64,000 bases of DNA from Carcharhinus longimanus (Eukaryota), in NCBI GenBank assembly GCA_030264375.1, contig JASCQW010000112.1, positions 78,001,446 through 78,065,445 on the forward strand, given 5' to 3'. Each line of letters opens with the position of its first letter. Position 1 is the stretch's first letter. Shown piece by piece: positions 1 to 13,594 of the stretch. The translations under genes and the position numbers were made by a program. The notes under the pieces are model-generated. The model saw nothing but the letters and a program-made list of their open reading frames with translations. It did no database searches and was not told the origin of the DNA.

Positions 1-235
1 CAGCATTTATTGCCCATCCCTAGTTGCCCTTGAGAAGGTGGTGGTGAGCTGCCTTCTTGAATCGCTGCAGTCCATGTACTGTGCGTTGACCCACGATGCA
101 ACGGTGATATGTTTCAAATCAGGACAGTGAGTGGTTTGGAGAGGATCCTGCACGTAGGGGTGTTCCCATGTATCTGCTGCCTCTGTCCTTCTAGATGGAA
201 ATGCTGGTGGTTTTGGAAGGTGCTGTCAAAGGATC
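1..235 (-). mobile_element. 3' end of a CR1/L2-group non-LTR retrotransposon (ORF2 C-terminus plus tail), truncated by the window edge
   Basis: Reverse complement ends ...GGACTGCAGCGATTCAAGAAGGCAGCTCACCACCACCTTCTCAAGGGCAACTAGGGATGGGCAATAAATGCTG (GLQRFKKAAHHHLLKGN*). Homologous to the + strand copy at ~42010-42207 and ~43085-43175. Confidence 0.75.
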
Positions 236-2715
236 TTTCATAACCTTTCTATTATGAACTCTTCCAAATACAGGCCATTTCTGCAGGGAAGATTTCACCT
301 GTTTTCTTTCTGCTGATGTTTCAGGTCAAAATTCCAGAATGTCCATGAATTCCTGCATCTCCCTTTCTTTAACATGATGGCTACACAACAGTTGCTTCTT
401 TAGTTGCCCAGATGACCTTCAGTCCTGTTCCACTTGGAAGACGTTCCACACCTGGGTGCTGACGTCTTGTTTTATACCTGAAGTTGTAGCTGGGGAGGGG
501 AGGCGGTACCCACTCTGTGTAAAGTCTAACCCACCGGGAACCTGTTCCATTCGGAGCAGCATGCCCAGCTTCATATTGGCTAAACAAGTTATGAATTCAC
601 TCTGAGTGACCGTCAAGGGGAGGACTGGCACCCGGAAACTCCGGCTCAGAGGCTCGCCACTGCACCACAAGAACTCCACAGTCCCATTCCCGATCAGATA
701 ATCTGTATCTTTCTATTAAAGATGATAATTGTTCTATCTCGGAATCCATTCCCGTTGATCTATAATTTTCTTTGAGATTTGTTGGTTTTATTCTTGCGTC
801 ACTAATTCTGGATTTAGAATCCAGAGATTTTTCCATTTGGATTACAGATTGCTCCGGGCATTCTAAACATGACTGAAGGTGTAAAAATACCGAAAGCAAG
901 CTTGTAACTCGTGTTGTGGAATAATGATGCTGATAAAACCAGGAGCAGCATTGAACAAATAACCAAGTGAATACTGGAACCTCATTTAATGCTTTGGGAT
1001 AGAGCAGCACACAGGGACAAACTGCAACTCTCAACGCCAAGTTTAATCGGTGACCTTGAATATGTAGTTGAGAATCGGAATGCAGTAGCCCTTATTTCAG
1101 ATCTTGCTTCTAACGCGGATAATGCAGTCTGTTAATGTGTGTGGAAGTGAGCTCGAGTGTTTTTAGTTTTATTGCTATCAAGCAACATTGATTGAGCACA
1201 TCACACTTGTGGCATTGCCAATGAAAAGGATGTTTTTAAATGTATTTACCAAGGTTGTCCTCGCAATGTTAATGACTCCAGCGAAGGACAAAGATGGGAT
1301 TTTGAAATCACCCATTATGTTAACGACATGCAAACTGCGCTTTAATAAGTTACCGGTGTCCAGAAGTAAATTCGGTGTAAATATAAAGCTCCTTGGTGGA
1401 ACAAACTTTGTCCGGATGTGTCACAAATTACAACAACTACAAAGCGGATTTATAAGGAGCCTTTAATGTGAATAAATAGCTTTTCATGAAAATATATTTT
1501 TAATTGCACAGATTGTAAATATTGATTCTCTGAACGCAGCTTGACTAAACCGACCCCTAAGCTCAGCTATGAAACGCTGTACATACCTCAACACATTGTG
1601 ATCAGCGGTCAGTATTTAGCGCTAAACTGCTGACTACAGATTGCAGCAAATCGGTGACTGGAGAATTTCGGGTGTTTACATTCCCGCAGCTCATTTTGAA
1701 TGTTATTGGAAGACGGGAAACAGAATCTCTTTTTTTGTAATGTTACAGGCGAGTCAAAAGGCAGTTCTTCGAGATGACAGCTATCATATGACAAGAAACC
1801 ATAGTGTGGGGGGTGTAAGATCCAACATTGCTAACTCTGCTCGCTCGCTGCGTCTCACACACGCACTGCCCAGCTCGGAGTTCTGTCTGGTGGACCATAC
1901 CTGTGTCCAAAACCTCATTTCTGGGCAAGTTCTTTGCAATGTCGAAAGTGGGGAAAGTGTGAGTGCAGACTGAACCCATTCTCCCTATTAAAAGCAAATC
2001 TGTGTTCAATTCCACATTTGGAGATATCTTAATGAACTTCCAGACACTTTGCAATCAGGTTAGAGTTGCATTTCCACGCATTATTCCCAGTGAGCCTGAA
2101 ATCTGGCGCACAGATATCTCCATGCGTTGGGTTAATGCGCAGATTTATTTCCAAACTTTCTCGGAAACTCCTGTCAAAATGCACCTCTGCGTCACGGTGG
2201 AGTTAGCAATTTAAATCGGTGCGGGCTTGTGTCTGGGAGACTGGTCACTCTTTCTGAAATGGTTGATGTCTCAAACACTGCTTTTCTCCCACGGAAACGT
2301 TGAATTTTAACTAATTTTGTGTGTGCCGCTGGATACTGAGACTCCCACTCTCCCCGACAAGCAGAAACGCTCGGAATTGAGCAGTGATTTCTGGAGGTAG
2401 CCGAGCTCCATACTTCCCAGGTCCCGGCAGACCCAGCCGGCAATGACACTCTCTCTCCGAGTGTTACGGACAGACAGATTGCAGAGCTAAATGCAAAAAC
2501 AGAAATTCAGAAAGAGAAAAAAAAACTTCACAGAATCAAAAACGCAGACGAATATAGGAAGGAAACTATAAGGAAAATAATGTAGTTAAATTGAAATTAA
2601 AATGATTTTTAACGAATCGTGTACCTTTAATTTGGATTGTTAAAATGAATTATTGATCAATTGGATCTGGATTTGGTGAAGAGTTTTATTGTTATAGGTT
2701 ACCAAAGCATAAAAA

Positions 2716-2793
2716 GGGGATTTTCACAGTATTTTCATTGCAGTGTTAATGTAAGCATATTTTTGATACTAATAAATCAACTTTAAACTTTAA
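2716..2793 (+). mobile_element. Isolated retroposon 3' tail (GGGGATTTTCACAG...GTTAATGTAAG...AATAAA type)
   Basis: Similar tails at 37873-37939 (end of a full SINE) and 51087-51144; ends in a short AACTTTA-like repeat. Confidence 0.65.
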
Positions 2794-3740
2794 AAGTGTG
2801 GTCAACTGCTCATTTTTGGACTGTGTTCGCATTTGAAAAATGAAATACCTGAGCTTGTTAGTCTGGCCAAACCTTGCGCTAAAAATGCATCCCGCCGCAC
2901 CATGCAATGTCCACCCTGCTCGCCTTCTGTAAGTGTCACTTGATAAACTCGATTTCTGGAAGTTTCGATTTGCAGTGAAAAGTGCCACAGGAGAGATTTC
3001 AGACATCGGTTTTGTGCAGAGATTCACTTTGCCACTTGGTGACGCTGAAGAGGCGCCAGGCTAAACATTGGCACATTGATGGAGATCACAAGATCTTCAG
3101 AGCCCCCAGTGTTGTGCTAACCGTTAACAAATTTCGCAAAATATCTTGAAAATACAATGTGATCTTCGATTTAGAACTAGAACTTGGCTGATATTTGCGC
3201 TGCGTTTAATTTCATTCGCCTCTTTTGTTTACTTTGGGAAAATGATATACAGAAAATCTGGGTGGCAGTTGTTTGATATCACCCTGCACCTGTATCACAT
3301 CTGTACTCTCTCCATCTGTCAGATAAATGTCTCCAATTCTAAACTAGCAACTGCAGACTTCATGTTTCATCGATGACTGAAGAGATACTCTAGTTAAAGG
3401 GGATATGTTCCAAAATCCAACACAAAGCTCTTTTACTCCGAGTTTAATACCTTTAACTTCGCGACTTGCTATAGATCTGTAAGCTGGTACATTCAATCAG
3501 GAAATGCCTCTCATGGGTTCTAAAATCTGCCATTTTGGAGACATATAATGGAATTTCCAATCTTGGGACAAATTGCACAATGGATTTGACCGTGTAGCCC
3601 ACTTTGCAATCTTCCCGAAGATCATTGCTCAGACAGAACTGTTTCTGATAGAAGTGTCTAACTAAAACCATTCCAGTCAAACACGGCTGTTGCAACAATT
3701 ATCAACGTTTTCTGTCTCCGCCACGTTTTAGCAGGCCAGA

Positions 3741-3897
3741 GTTTAGGTTGATTGGCTGTGCTAAATTGACCTTAGTTTCAGGGGGATTCGCGGGCTAAAT
3801 ATGTGGGGTGACGGGGATAGGATGGGATTGTTGTTGGTGCAGCCGCGATGGGCCGAATGATCTCTTTCTGTACTGTAGGAATTCTATGATTCTATGA
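3741..3897 (+). mobile_element. 5'-truncated HE1/V-type SINE with CR1-like tail
   Basis: GTTTAGGTTGATTGGC...GCTAAATTG...GATGGGCCGAATG...CTGTACTGTAGGAATTCTATGATTCTATGA; related to the copies at 34859, 36737, 47546 and 62216. Confidence 0.8.
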
Positions 3898-6800
3898 GAG
3901 CGCGGTCCCGAGCCCAGAATCAATGATCCCAGTCACATTTCCACTTGTTCCTGTAGAATTATAAAATAAACATTTGCTCGGAAAGAAATAAAAGGGCCAG
4001 CATATTATTAAACAACAAAAGACTTTACTGGGGTTAACAATCCTGTCACAAACTGGGACTTTCCAGAAAAGTGTAAATTGAATGAGTTGTTCCCGCTTCC
4101 TGTTTATTTCACATGGGACTGAAATCAAATGGCGTCAGCTCCTGACCACTGGGCTCTGAGCTGTCCCGTTCCAAGAAAAGAGAGGGGGGCAATTCTTCAT
4201 TAACTGCTCAACTTGGGGACAGTTGCAAAGGGATCGAGTCGGTTAAGGTAGACAGCAGCAATATTCATTAACCTGTGCACAGATAGCTGGCAAGTAAATC
4301 AGCTGGGTTGAGATGGGGAGTCCGGATTACTGCAACGCCGGGGCTAACTCTAAGTTTCTGTAAAGACCGTGTTAAAATATAGTGTCATGTCAATTGTCCC
4401 AAAGCAATAACATGAGAGTAACAATTTCCCGGCCATCGGATAAACTTTTCTTTATTTGAAGGCGAGAGAAGTGATGTGTTGTTTATTGCAGAAGCATTTT
4501 TGGATGGGTTTGTACGGGAGCCGGCCGTTCTGCCTGAGATCATCGAATAACGCGGGCAATAATTGAAAATGTATTATTCCAGTGATCCTCCCAAACTCAC
4601 AAAACAAAATACAAACAAAAATAAAGTTCTCAAAAGAACGCAGTAAGTGCTGAGGTTGCCCCGCCGCGGATCGGAGAGAATTTTAGCTTCGCTTTAATAC
4701 ATTACTGGCAACATTCGGTAGACGGTTCGGTGAAACCAGCAGATATTTAGGAGTTTATTTTTAGCGTTTGGACACTGATTCTCGAACCTATTTCTGTGCT
4801 TAGAATTTTATTCCCATCAGTAAGGCTGACTCTGATATGAGTTAATCCGAAACAAAATCCACATTATATCAACAAACACTTACTGGGCGTTTTATTCTAA
4901 ATTACCTGGATGATGTGTTCAAATTAAACGGGGGGGTGCGGGGTGGGGGTAGCTAAAGGAAATTCGGGGGAATTGCTTCGCCTTATTATCGCAGTAAAAG
5001 GAAATTATTCGCTTATTTTGAACCATCACGAGAGTTCCTCCTGAAAAAATTTCTGAAAGAGATTAAGGCAGCAATCCCACTAAGATAATGTTCCTCTTAC
5101 AATTTACTCTCTGCATCTCAAAGCTAAAACTGCAGCATTGCAGCCAACTCCCATTTTGCCAGCGGATGAAATTTGCAAAGAACAGTCTGATTTGGAATTT
5201 GTCTCGGGAGGAAGTTTGGATCAGGGCAGCAGTAGTCGGTACAATAACATCAGTGTTGCAATGGTTGCGACACATTCTGGACAAAGGTACTTAGCGAAAA
5301 TAACATTCTCCATAAACATTACACCGTGCGCTCACCAACCAGATCGGTTTCCCCTTCCAATCCCCGTCCCACCTCCAACTCTTTGCACCCCTTCAGCTCA
5401 AGCTCGGGATTGGATTGGAAACTCAAAGAATGCATATTTCAGCACTAAAAATATCAATCGCGTGTAATAAATCCCAAAGAACAAAAAAAATGTTTTAAAC
5501 TAGGTGGTAGTTACGTTGCAATATTGTAGATTGCGATGATATTAATGTTACAAACCTAAATGGCAATATTAGCAACACATATGGAGCTATTTAAATGTTC
5601 TGATCTGGCACTTTTCCCCCCTTTTTGTGAACTGCACTGAATTGTACGAATATTGAAAATCCTCCCAGTGCTTCCGACAAAGGATTGCCTTTCACAGTCT
5701 GTTCACAAACTGGTCACCAGTCTCAACGGCAAATCTACACGGAGCCAACCGGGGACACCGACAGGCATAGAGATAACTGGCGGGGGGTCGGGGGGGGGGG
5801 GAATATCTCCATTTATATAGCGCCTTTCACCCAGACGGGTAAGCACAGGCACCGCACATTCATTCACATAGCCACCGGGGATCCGTGCCCGCATTATCAA
5901 AACTTTATTTTCAATTAATTCGATCATTTCCTGAGTCCCTAATTTCTGGCGGTGTCACTGCTCGCCCCCTTTCCATTTGCCAAGGGAAATACGCAGACCA
6001 CAAGGATGGGGGGGAATGATCAGGGCGTTTGTCCGGCTTGTTACAGATCCGTTAACATTCAATGATTATTAAATGAATGCGGCTGACCGTTTGGGAGGCA
6101 GCAGTGTTAAGACATTGGGGACAGGGAGCGAACTGATCACATCAACAGTGAACAAAGTAGTGTGTGACAGGACAGAGAAAGATCTATTTAGCAGAGTAAA
6201 TATAGCACTGGGGATGTTTAATGTCCGGAGTATGAGAGAACAGGAGAAGGAGAAATGTCTGCCCCCACCCCCAGGCCCCCAACAAGTCTTGGCCTCTGAG
6301 AAAGTGGACCATCAATAATCAATGGCCAGTGATTTTCTCGTTATTGGACCAATGCGCTCTACATCAGAAATGGAATCAACATGATACTCTTGTTAATCCA
6401 TTCTCTTCTGCAAGAGTTTTTTTTTGTTCCCGCCGATTTGATGGTACCCTCGCTTCGATTGCAGGTCCAGATTAAAAATTAAAAACCAACCACTGTGTCC
6501 CTCAACTATTTAAATTTTCACAGGCGCGAGAGAAAGGCGAATATCAACCCCTCTGGAAATGTTTATTTTCCAATATTTACCAATCAGCGCGAAGTTTTTT
6601 TTCTGGGTTACTGAAAGCGAAAGGAACTGTATTGGCAAATCCTGTGCTTTCCTGCTGATTTTGGAAACCATTTATTTTCCGTGGGCTTTAATGAACAATT
6701 TTCACGCTGTGGTTGCTAAGAAATGAACTGGCTCGTCACAAATTTCAATACTACTGCTTAAATATTTTTGTTTTATATGCACCGTCTACTTTTACAACCT

Positions 6801-9800
6801 GTAAATATTTATGAAGCATCTGAGCTAATGTTATTAGATATCAGCAGTATTTGTGTCTTTATCTGATGTACAATACATTATATTGAAGACGCCAACCAGC
6901 AGAAACTGCAACTCGCGGCGATGAGTGTGAGGGTCTCCGCCAGGCGGCGTGTCTGGACTACTTGGGAGGGCGAGGATTTGCTTTGAAAGATGGATCAGAT
7001 ATTGTAGGGACCGACTTTACAACGCAGTCGGCTTTTGTTCCCGCCTGTGAAGCTTCATGCCTTGTGCTCCATGTGTAAAATATTACAGAACGCTTGTAAT
7101 GCTTTCTGTCAACGCTCCAAACCGTCAACAAGTATTGGTTTAGATGGTTTATTATTGCATTATTACCTAATGTAGCCACAGACTCTTCCTGGCGGTTTGG
7201 GTAACCGTCCTAAAGCTCAATTGTTTCCCTGCTACAGTCAAGTTTATTATCAATATTGAAATTCTGGTGTAGGTATATACACTTTCTCAAAATTGCTATC
7301 ATATACATTTGTGCAACTATTTATTTGGGAGATTTTTTCGCATTTCGAATATTTATAGGCTCCTTGCAACCGTATTTCATCAAGTCCCAATATTTAATCT
7401 TGCTGCTGCTTGAAGCGTCCGGTTCGTCGATTAGGAGATACAAAAGTTTGTTTCCCAAATAGAGTGAGAGGGTCTGAATTTGCCGTAAATAGTGCTTTAT
7501 AATTACTGGCCTTGTAAGAAAGGAATGGTCTGATTTAGGGAATAGCTGGAGTGACAGTCATGTGGAGGTGGTTACAAGGCTTTTGCATGTTGTGTACTTT
7601 CAACATACACAGCTCCAGGAGCGTGTCGAGACAAGCAACTAATTTAGACTAGGTGCTGAGCGAGAGCTGCTCTAGGTAGATGCAACACAAAGCGCGGTCA
7701 CCGACAACCTAATATTGGCTGGGCTTTGCAGATGCAACTGGGTTTTAATATTTATAATTATTCAGATTGTTCTTGTGAAAATTACATCAACGCGAACGAA
7801 TCCACAAATGAGAATAATGATCGAAATCACCTACAAATAAAATTCCCAAATCAGATAGAGCTAACATCACCGCGGCCGGAATCTTACACACAATATTAAT
7901 TATTTCTTAAAGTATCGTCCAGGAGGGAAGTTGCCATTTCTAGAACCGTAACTGGTGTTAGAGAGATAGGCACCCAATCTGGGAACTGGAATGTTTCCTT
8001 TTGTTCCAGACAATCTGTGTTTTCCCCAATTCCCGACCGCTTCTGCTGGGTAAACACCGAGTAAACCAAACGGTACCACAAAGAGGCACAAAGAGCTACT
8101 GGAGGCTGAAACTGCAAGCTCGGCATTACAATTAATTTTCACACCCCATTGGCTCAAATATTGAAGTCAAATCCACGGATAAAATTAAAAGATGTTCTTC
8201 TCCCTTTAAATAATCGATTTTTACAACAGTTATTTACGAATTTATTTATCAGTGCAGTCCGGGCGGGACCGGGGAAAGTTGGGACTGGGTCCTGCAGCGC
8301 AATTAAAAGACCATTGTTTACATTGGGTTTCTTCAGAATTTCTTTGTGTGTTTCTGGCGCGGTTTAAATTCGCGGAAAACTGGGCCGGACAAGATGCGAA
8401 ACAAGTGATATTGAATGTCTGATTAGAATGGGACCAGCGGATTACACAGACTGTGTTACAGCTTTGTCTCCTAGTTCCAATTCACAAGGAAATGCGTTTA
8501 TTTGGAAACTGCAGATTGCTGCTTTAGAAGGTTGCAACGTTTTAATAAAATGGTTAAAATAAAGCCACAAATAAAGACAATTGTATATTTTATACGGTTA
8601 CGGTGGGTGTTTTATAAATAGATTTTTTTTCATTGGCAGAGCCTTCTGTTGGGAAACGTCATTTTTTTATCTGTTTAAATCCAGGGCGTCACACCATTTG
8701 CAAATCAAGTCAATATTTGAAATCATTTTGTTAATGTTATTAAATAAACGCCGGCTCTCATTGTCAGCCTGGGTAGACTGGAGCAGAATATTGCAGATTA
8801 CATTCCGGCATGTGTGGAAGACCCGTCCTGAAGGGAATGGAAATTCAAATAAAGATACAAGCAATTGACAAAGAAAATACTATCAGTTCTTTACTTGAAC
8901 ACTTCCTAACACCAAGTTAAAAAAAATTCCCCGCCGTGGATTTAATGAAGACAGATGGATAAATATTAGAATGCGCTGGAGAAATCGGCCCAGCTGCTTT
9001 ACAATACATGGCACACGCGTTTCCCCCATTGAACCGGATAATCCCAGCTCAAATCGCGGATCGATCATACTATTGATTATCGGTAATCGCCGTTTGCGAC
9101 TGAATCCTCAGAATAAACAAAAACGAAATGAGTTGAGGCAAATGTTTTAATATTTAAGAAGCTAAACTTCACAAACAGTCATCCGGTTATCCAATGGGCC
9201 GAACGATTAAACTGACCCCAGGATATGGCCCGAAATCACCAGTGAACCCAACTCATGAAATGTAGTGACAATACAGTTCTCATCGTGTGTTTTTTATGAT
9301 ATTGCATGGGAACGTTGATGGGAATCTTTAAAAATGCTGTTTTCAAAATATTAGAAGATTTTAACTTGAATCGTGTCGTCTAAGCTGTTGCAATATCCAA
9401 TTCTGTTGGTCATTCGGGATATTTTGCAATAAAGGGAACTTTAGAGAACAAGTTTCGCTGCACAGATTTCCTAGGATGCATATTTCACCCTCACTTTAAC
9501 CTTAAATCGGAAACATTATCGGCAATTAATCATGTTGATCTTTGAATCTTCCTAGAGAATCATTCGCCTGCATATTATTTATTTTCTGAGTCGCACCATT
9601 TTATTTCTGTTTGTCTCCGTCAGTTTCAGCATGTTGCAAAGAAGTTTCTCTGTGTCATCGTTAACTTGCACCCATTCTGGGAGAAGTTTTATTTCAATGC
9701 CAAAGCCTTCTGCGGTGTAAATGCGGGTTGTATGATGCGGAATATCTTGATCCCAGTCAGGTTTACTCAACACCCACTCAGTGAATTATTCAGCTTGCTG

Positions 9801-10230
9801 AGATGCCTTTCCAAGGGTTCGGGACTGTGTGCTCTCAATCCCGTGTTTCATATCGATTGTTCATCACGCTTCAACGTGGTGTTGTGTGTTTGCACATGCA
9901 TGTGCACCGCGAGACCTGTGCGTTTAAGAACATGCACCGTAAGGCTAGCAACAAGAAAATACCGCAGCTTTTGTGGATAGCAATGTTGTCATGCAAACAA
10001 TGCTTTCTGTCAACTACTGTACTTCGACATCAGATTATACATCAATACCTCATCTCAATCTTATGCTTCCTTTGTTTAAGGCACTCCTCTGGCATTGCGT
10101 AAACGTTGCTTCTATTTTTATTTCTATTTTCAAATGTATTTAGTGCTGTTAGACTGCTTCACTTACAATTTGCATGGCAATTTTATTTACACTGGGGCCT
10201 ACCCAGAATCAGCGTTTATCTTCTGGCTTT

Positions 10231-10241
10231 GTGTGTAAGTC

Positions 10242-10276
<35 letters not shown>

Positions 10277-10416
10277 ATGTGTGAGTTTGTGTGTATGCTT
10301 GTGCGTCTGTATGTGTGTGACAGTGTGTGAGTAGTGTGTGTTTCTGCGTGAGTTGGGTGTTTGTCTGTATGTCTGTCTGTGTGTGTCTGTGTATGTGTGT
10401 GCATGTATTTGAGTGA
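10231..10416. repeat. Compound (GT)n/(GA)n microsatellite running into an assembly gap
   Basis: GT and GA dinucleotide runs seen directly. Confidence 0.9.
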
Positions 10417-13400
10417 NNNNNNNNNNNNNNNNNNNNNNNNNNNNNNNNNNNNNNNNNNNNNNNNNNNNNNNNNNNNNNNNNNNNNNNNNNNNNNNNNNNN
10501 NNNNNNNNNNNNNNNNNNNNNNNNNNNNNNNNNNNNNNNNNNNNNNNNNNNNNNNNNNNNNNNNNNNNNNNNNNNNNNNNNNNNNNNNNNNNNNNNNNNN
10601 NNNNNNNNNNNNNNNNNNNNNNNNNNNNNNNNNNNNNNNNNNNNNNNNNNNNNNNNNNNNNNGGTAGAATGTGTGTGTTTTCTTTCCTGTAGTTTTCAGG
10701 AGAATTTCTCAGTGACACAATGTTATGATGGAAAGATGCTGCAAATGACAGCGCCGGTAAACGTTCATCTTAATCATCGGGCTCTTAATTTAGTTTGGTG
10801 CTGGTTTGAGTGCTGAGCAGCCGCTGACAACCTACAGGGAGTTAATGAGTGACGAGGCAGGGCTGCTACACCAAGTAACACTTTCCTGGTGCGAAGACCA
10901 CTAACTGGGAAGTTTAGTTCACTACTGTTTTCGCAAAGCTAATAATACAACCTGTAACAAAAACCACTTCTTCAGAAACATGTAGCCCGCTAAATACAGA
11001 AACTTTCAATCACTAATTATTAGCGCCTACAGTCAGTGAAGTGTTTTACTTAGTTACTTGGAGAAGAATTTAAGGATGATTCCTTCAATTGTCTGTCAAT
11101 CCAGGACTGTTCAGATCTCTTACAGATAAAAAAAACATTGTTTATTCGGTGCCAATTCAACAAGAAAATTTTATTCAAATTCAGAATACGTTTATCTATT
11201 TTTATAAAATGACCAGCACAGACGACATTTTAGACAAACCCGGAATCCAAATGACAAATCAGAATTGCTCTGGAATTAATATATTCCCTATTACCAATTC
11301 TATTGCGTGCTGACACCTCATTGGGAGAATGGCTGTCTCCGTTTTTGTTATCGTTTCAAGAGCTTCGGCCCTGATTTATATTTTTGTTCTTTTTTTGCTG
11401 AACTGTACCAACCCAATTAAGCTCATCAATAACACATGGGAATCTTGGTGCAGATTGTGGGGTTGTTTTCCCAACTTTATTTAACCACAATTATAACTCC
11501 GTTATATTTCAGCATCAACTGTGTACATCAGAGAGGCGACAACTTCAATCTGCAATATCTACAATATCACATCACATATTTAGAAAAAATCCGACTAGAT
11601 AATTATCATATTAATATGGTACATTAGTATAGATAGTTCCTGCTTCGCCCTGATAGGAGGAAATATGTAATACCCAGGAGGCCACTTGTATGCAAGAGTT
11701 TCTTTTCATTGAAGGTCAAAGGTAAAATTCTGCAGCAGACACAAAAACAATATTATTATTTAAAATAAACTGCATTTCCTAAAACCCAAAATTTCATAAC
11801 ACGAAACGTCCAACACCCTCAGGATAAATTTCTACACATATATTAAAAATCGCTGTGCCAAACCTTCCCGCTTTATCTGCTGGGAAATGAGAGATGGGCC
11901 TTTAACCAACACTCATTGCAATACATTCCCTAATTTCTCTGGCGATTTCGTCTGCCTCTGGTTTTCTTTGCTTTCTTGGCTCACACCTGTGTTAATTCAC
12001 ATTATTTCACATTTTAAGTATAATATCATTTTCTTTAAAGTTGTGGCTTTCTGTCTTTGCTAATCCTGACAACAATTTCTATCNNNNNNNNNNNNNNNNN
12101 NNNNNNNNNNNNNNNNNNNNNNNNNNNNNNNNNNNNNNNNNNNNNNNNNNNNNNNNNNNNNNNNNNNNNNNNNNNNNNNNNNNGACAACAATTTCTATCG
12201 TGGCAGTTTGACCCTTTGTGAGGGATCAAGTGATTGGAATAAACAGTTTTTTAGTGGCCTGTTAACATGAATACACACTATATATATCACGCATACACTA
12301 TATAACTATATATGCTATAATATACAAAAGCTAACTTCAGATAAGCTTCATTTAATCATGCAAATCCAATTTCAAATGTTTCACTTCTGTATCAGTCTGT
12401 TAGCTTTCCTGAACCAACGTGAAATCTCTTACCTTTCCGGCCAATTTATGAAATTGGAATTATGTGAAACAGATTCCGAATATTATAACACGCCACAGTC
12501 AGTACGTCTGCCTCTTTCGGTCTTCCAAAATCAGCTTGGAATATACATTTGTAAACGATTCAAAATTATCAGACAAAAATGTTGATTTAAGTATTGCTAA
12601 ATCACAGCAACAACAGTGGTTCGGTGCAAACAACAGCTGTGTCTATTTAAAAACACAATTCAATGAGCGCTTACACATATGAGTTTGCAATCAGCTAATC
12701 TCGATCTCTCTCTCTCTCTTCGTGTTAATCAACACTTTTTTTTCCTGCATATCAGTGTATAAGTACTGTAGTTACCCCACATCAGTAAATGTTGATGTAA
12801 CCTGTCCTTTCCCGGGAATCCGGTTACGCTAAATCATTTCATGCTAGACTGGGTAAGAAAATGAGCAGGTCAGAATAGACTTTAAACATAAACCCATGAA
12901 ATAAGCGAATGGTTTACAATCTGATTTCTGGAAAGGCGTGCGCGCACCCACACACACAGCATATGAAACAATTTATGACCTTACACAGATTTTACTGGTG
13001 ACCTTTTGGCCTCAGATATTGCACTGTTTAAAATTGGGAACTCCCTTAAGCTAATTTTTTACAGTACCATTGAAAATGTGCCAGTATTTAATTCATCCGA
13101 TGCCTTTGAATATATTTTACAGATTTGATCAATAATTGGAAAATGTAGCAGAGTTTTTTTGCTCAGTGTCTAGTGTTTTTTTAAATGATCTTAGTGATCA
13201 AATCCATGCATCCCTCACAGTTAACACTGAGCCTCATTTTGACATTGTGCTCGTTCTTCTGCAGCCGAATTTTAACATTATTTTGTAGATATTAATTTAA
13301 AATACTCATCAATGTATATGGATTTCAATTTGGGTTGTATCTATGTATTTTTTAAAAAAGCCCTGTGGAATACAGCAGCAATAGTATGTGCATGGTTTAT

Positions 13401-13514
13401 ATTAATTCAGGCTATATAATTAAGTGTAAACGAGAGGTGTCGTTTATTTAATACATATTACCAGGAAAATGGAATTGGAATCCACGGCCTTGCTGGTTGG
13501 TGTAGGAGTTCCGC

Positions 13515-13594
13515 ATACACACACACTGACTCACACAGACACAGACACACACACACACACACACACACAGACATACACAGACACACACACACAC
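13515..13594. repeat. (CA)n microsatellite
   Basis: Interrupted CA run seen directly. Confidence 0.9.

Noticed and set aside
5808-5830. CATTTATATAGCGCCTTTCAC as a TATA box or a TE inside the TE-poor domain
   Set aside because: Resembles a SINE/LINE tail but is only ~20 bp; too short to call either way.
12068-12199. 16-bp direct repeat GACAACAATTTCTATC around a gap, resembling a TSD (similar cases near 27953/28067 and 38705/38839)
   Set aside because: Most simply explained as scaffolding overlap at fixed-size gaps.
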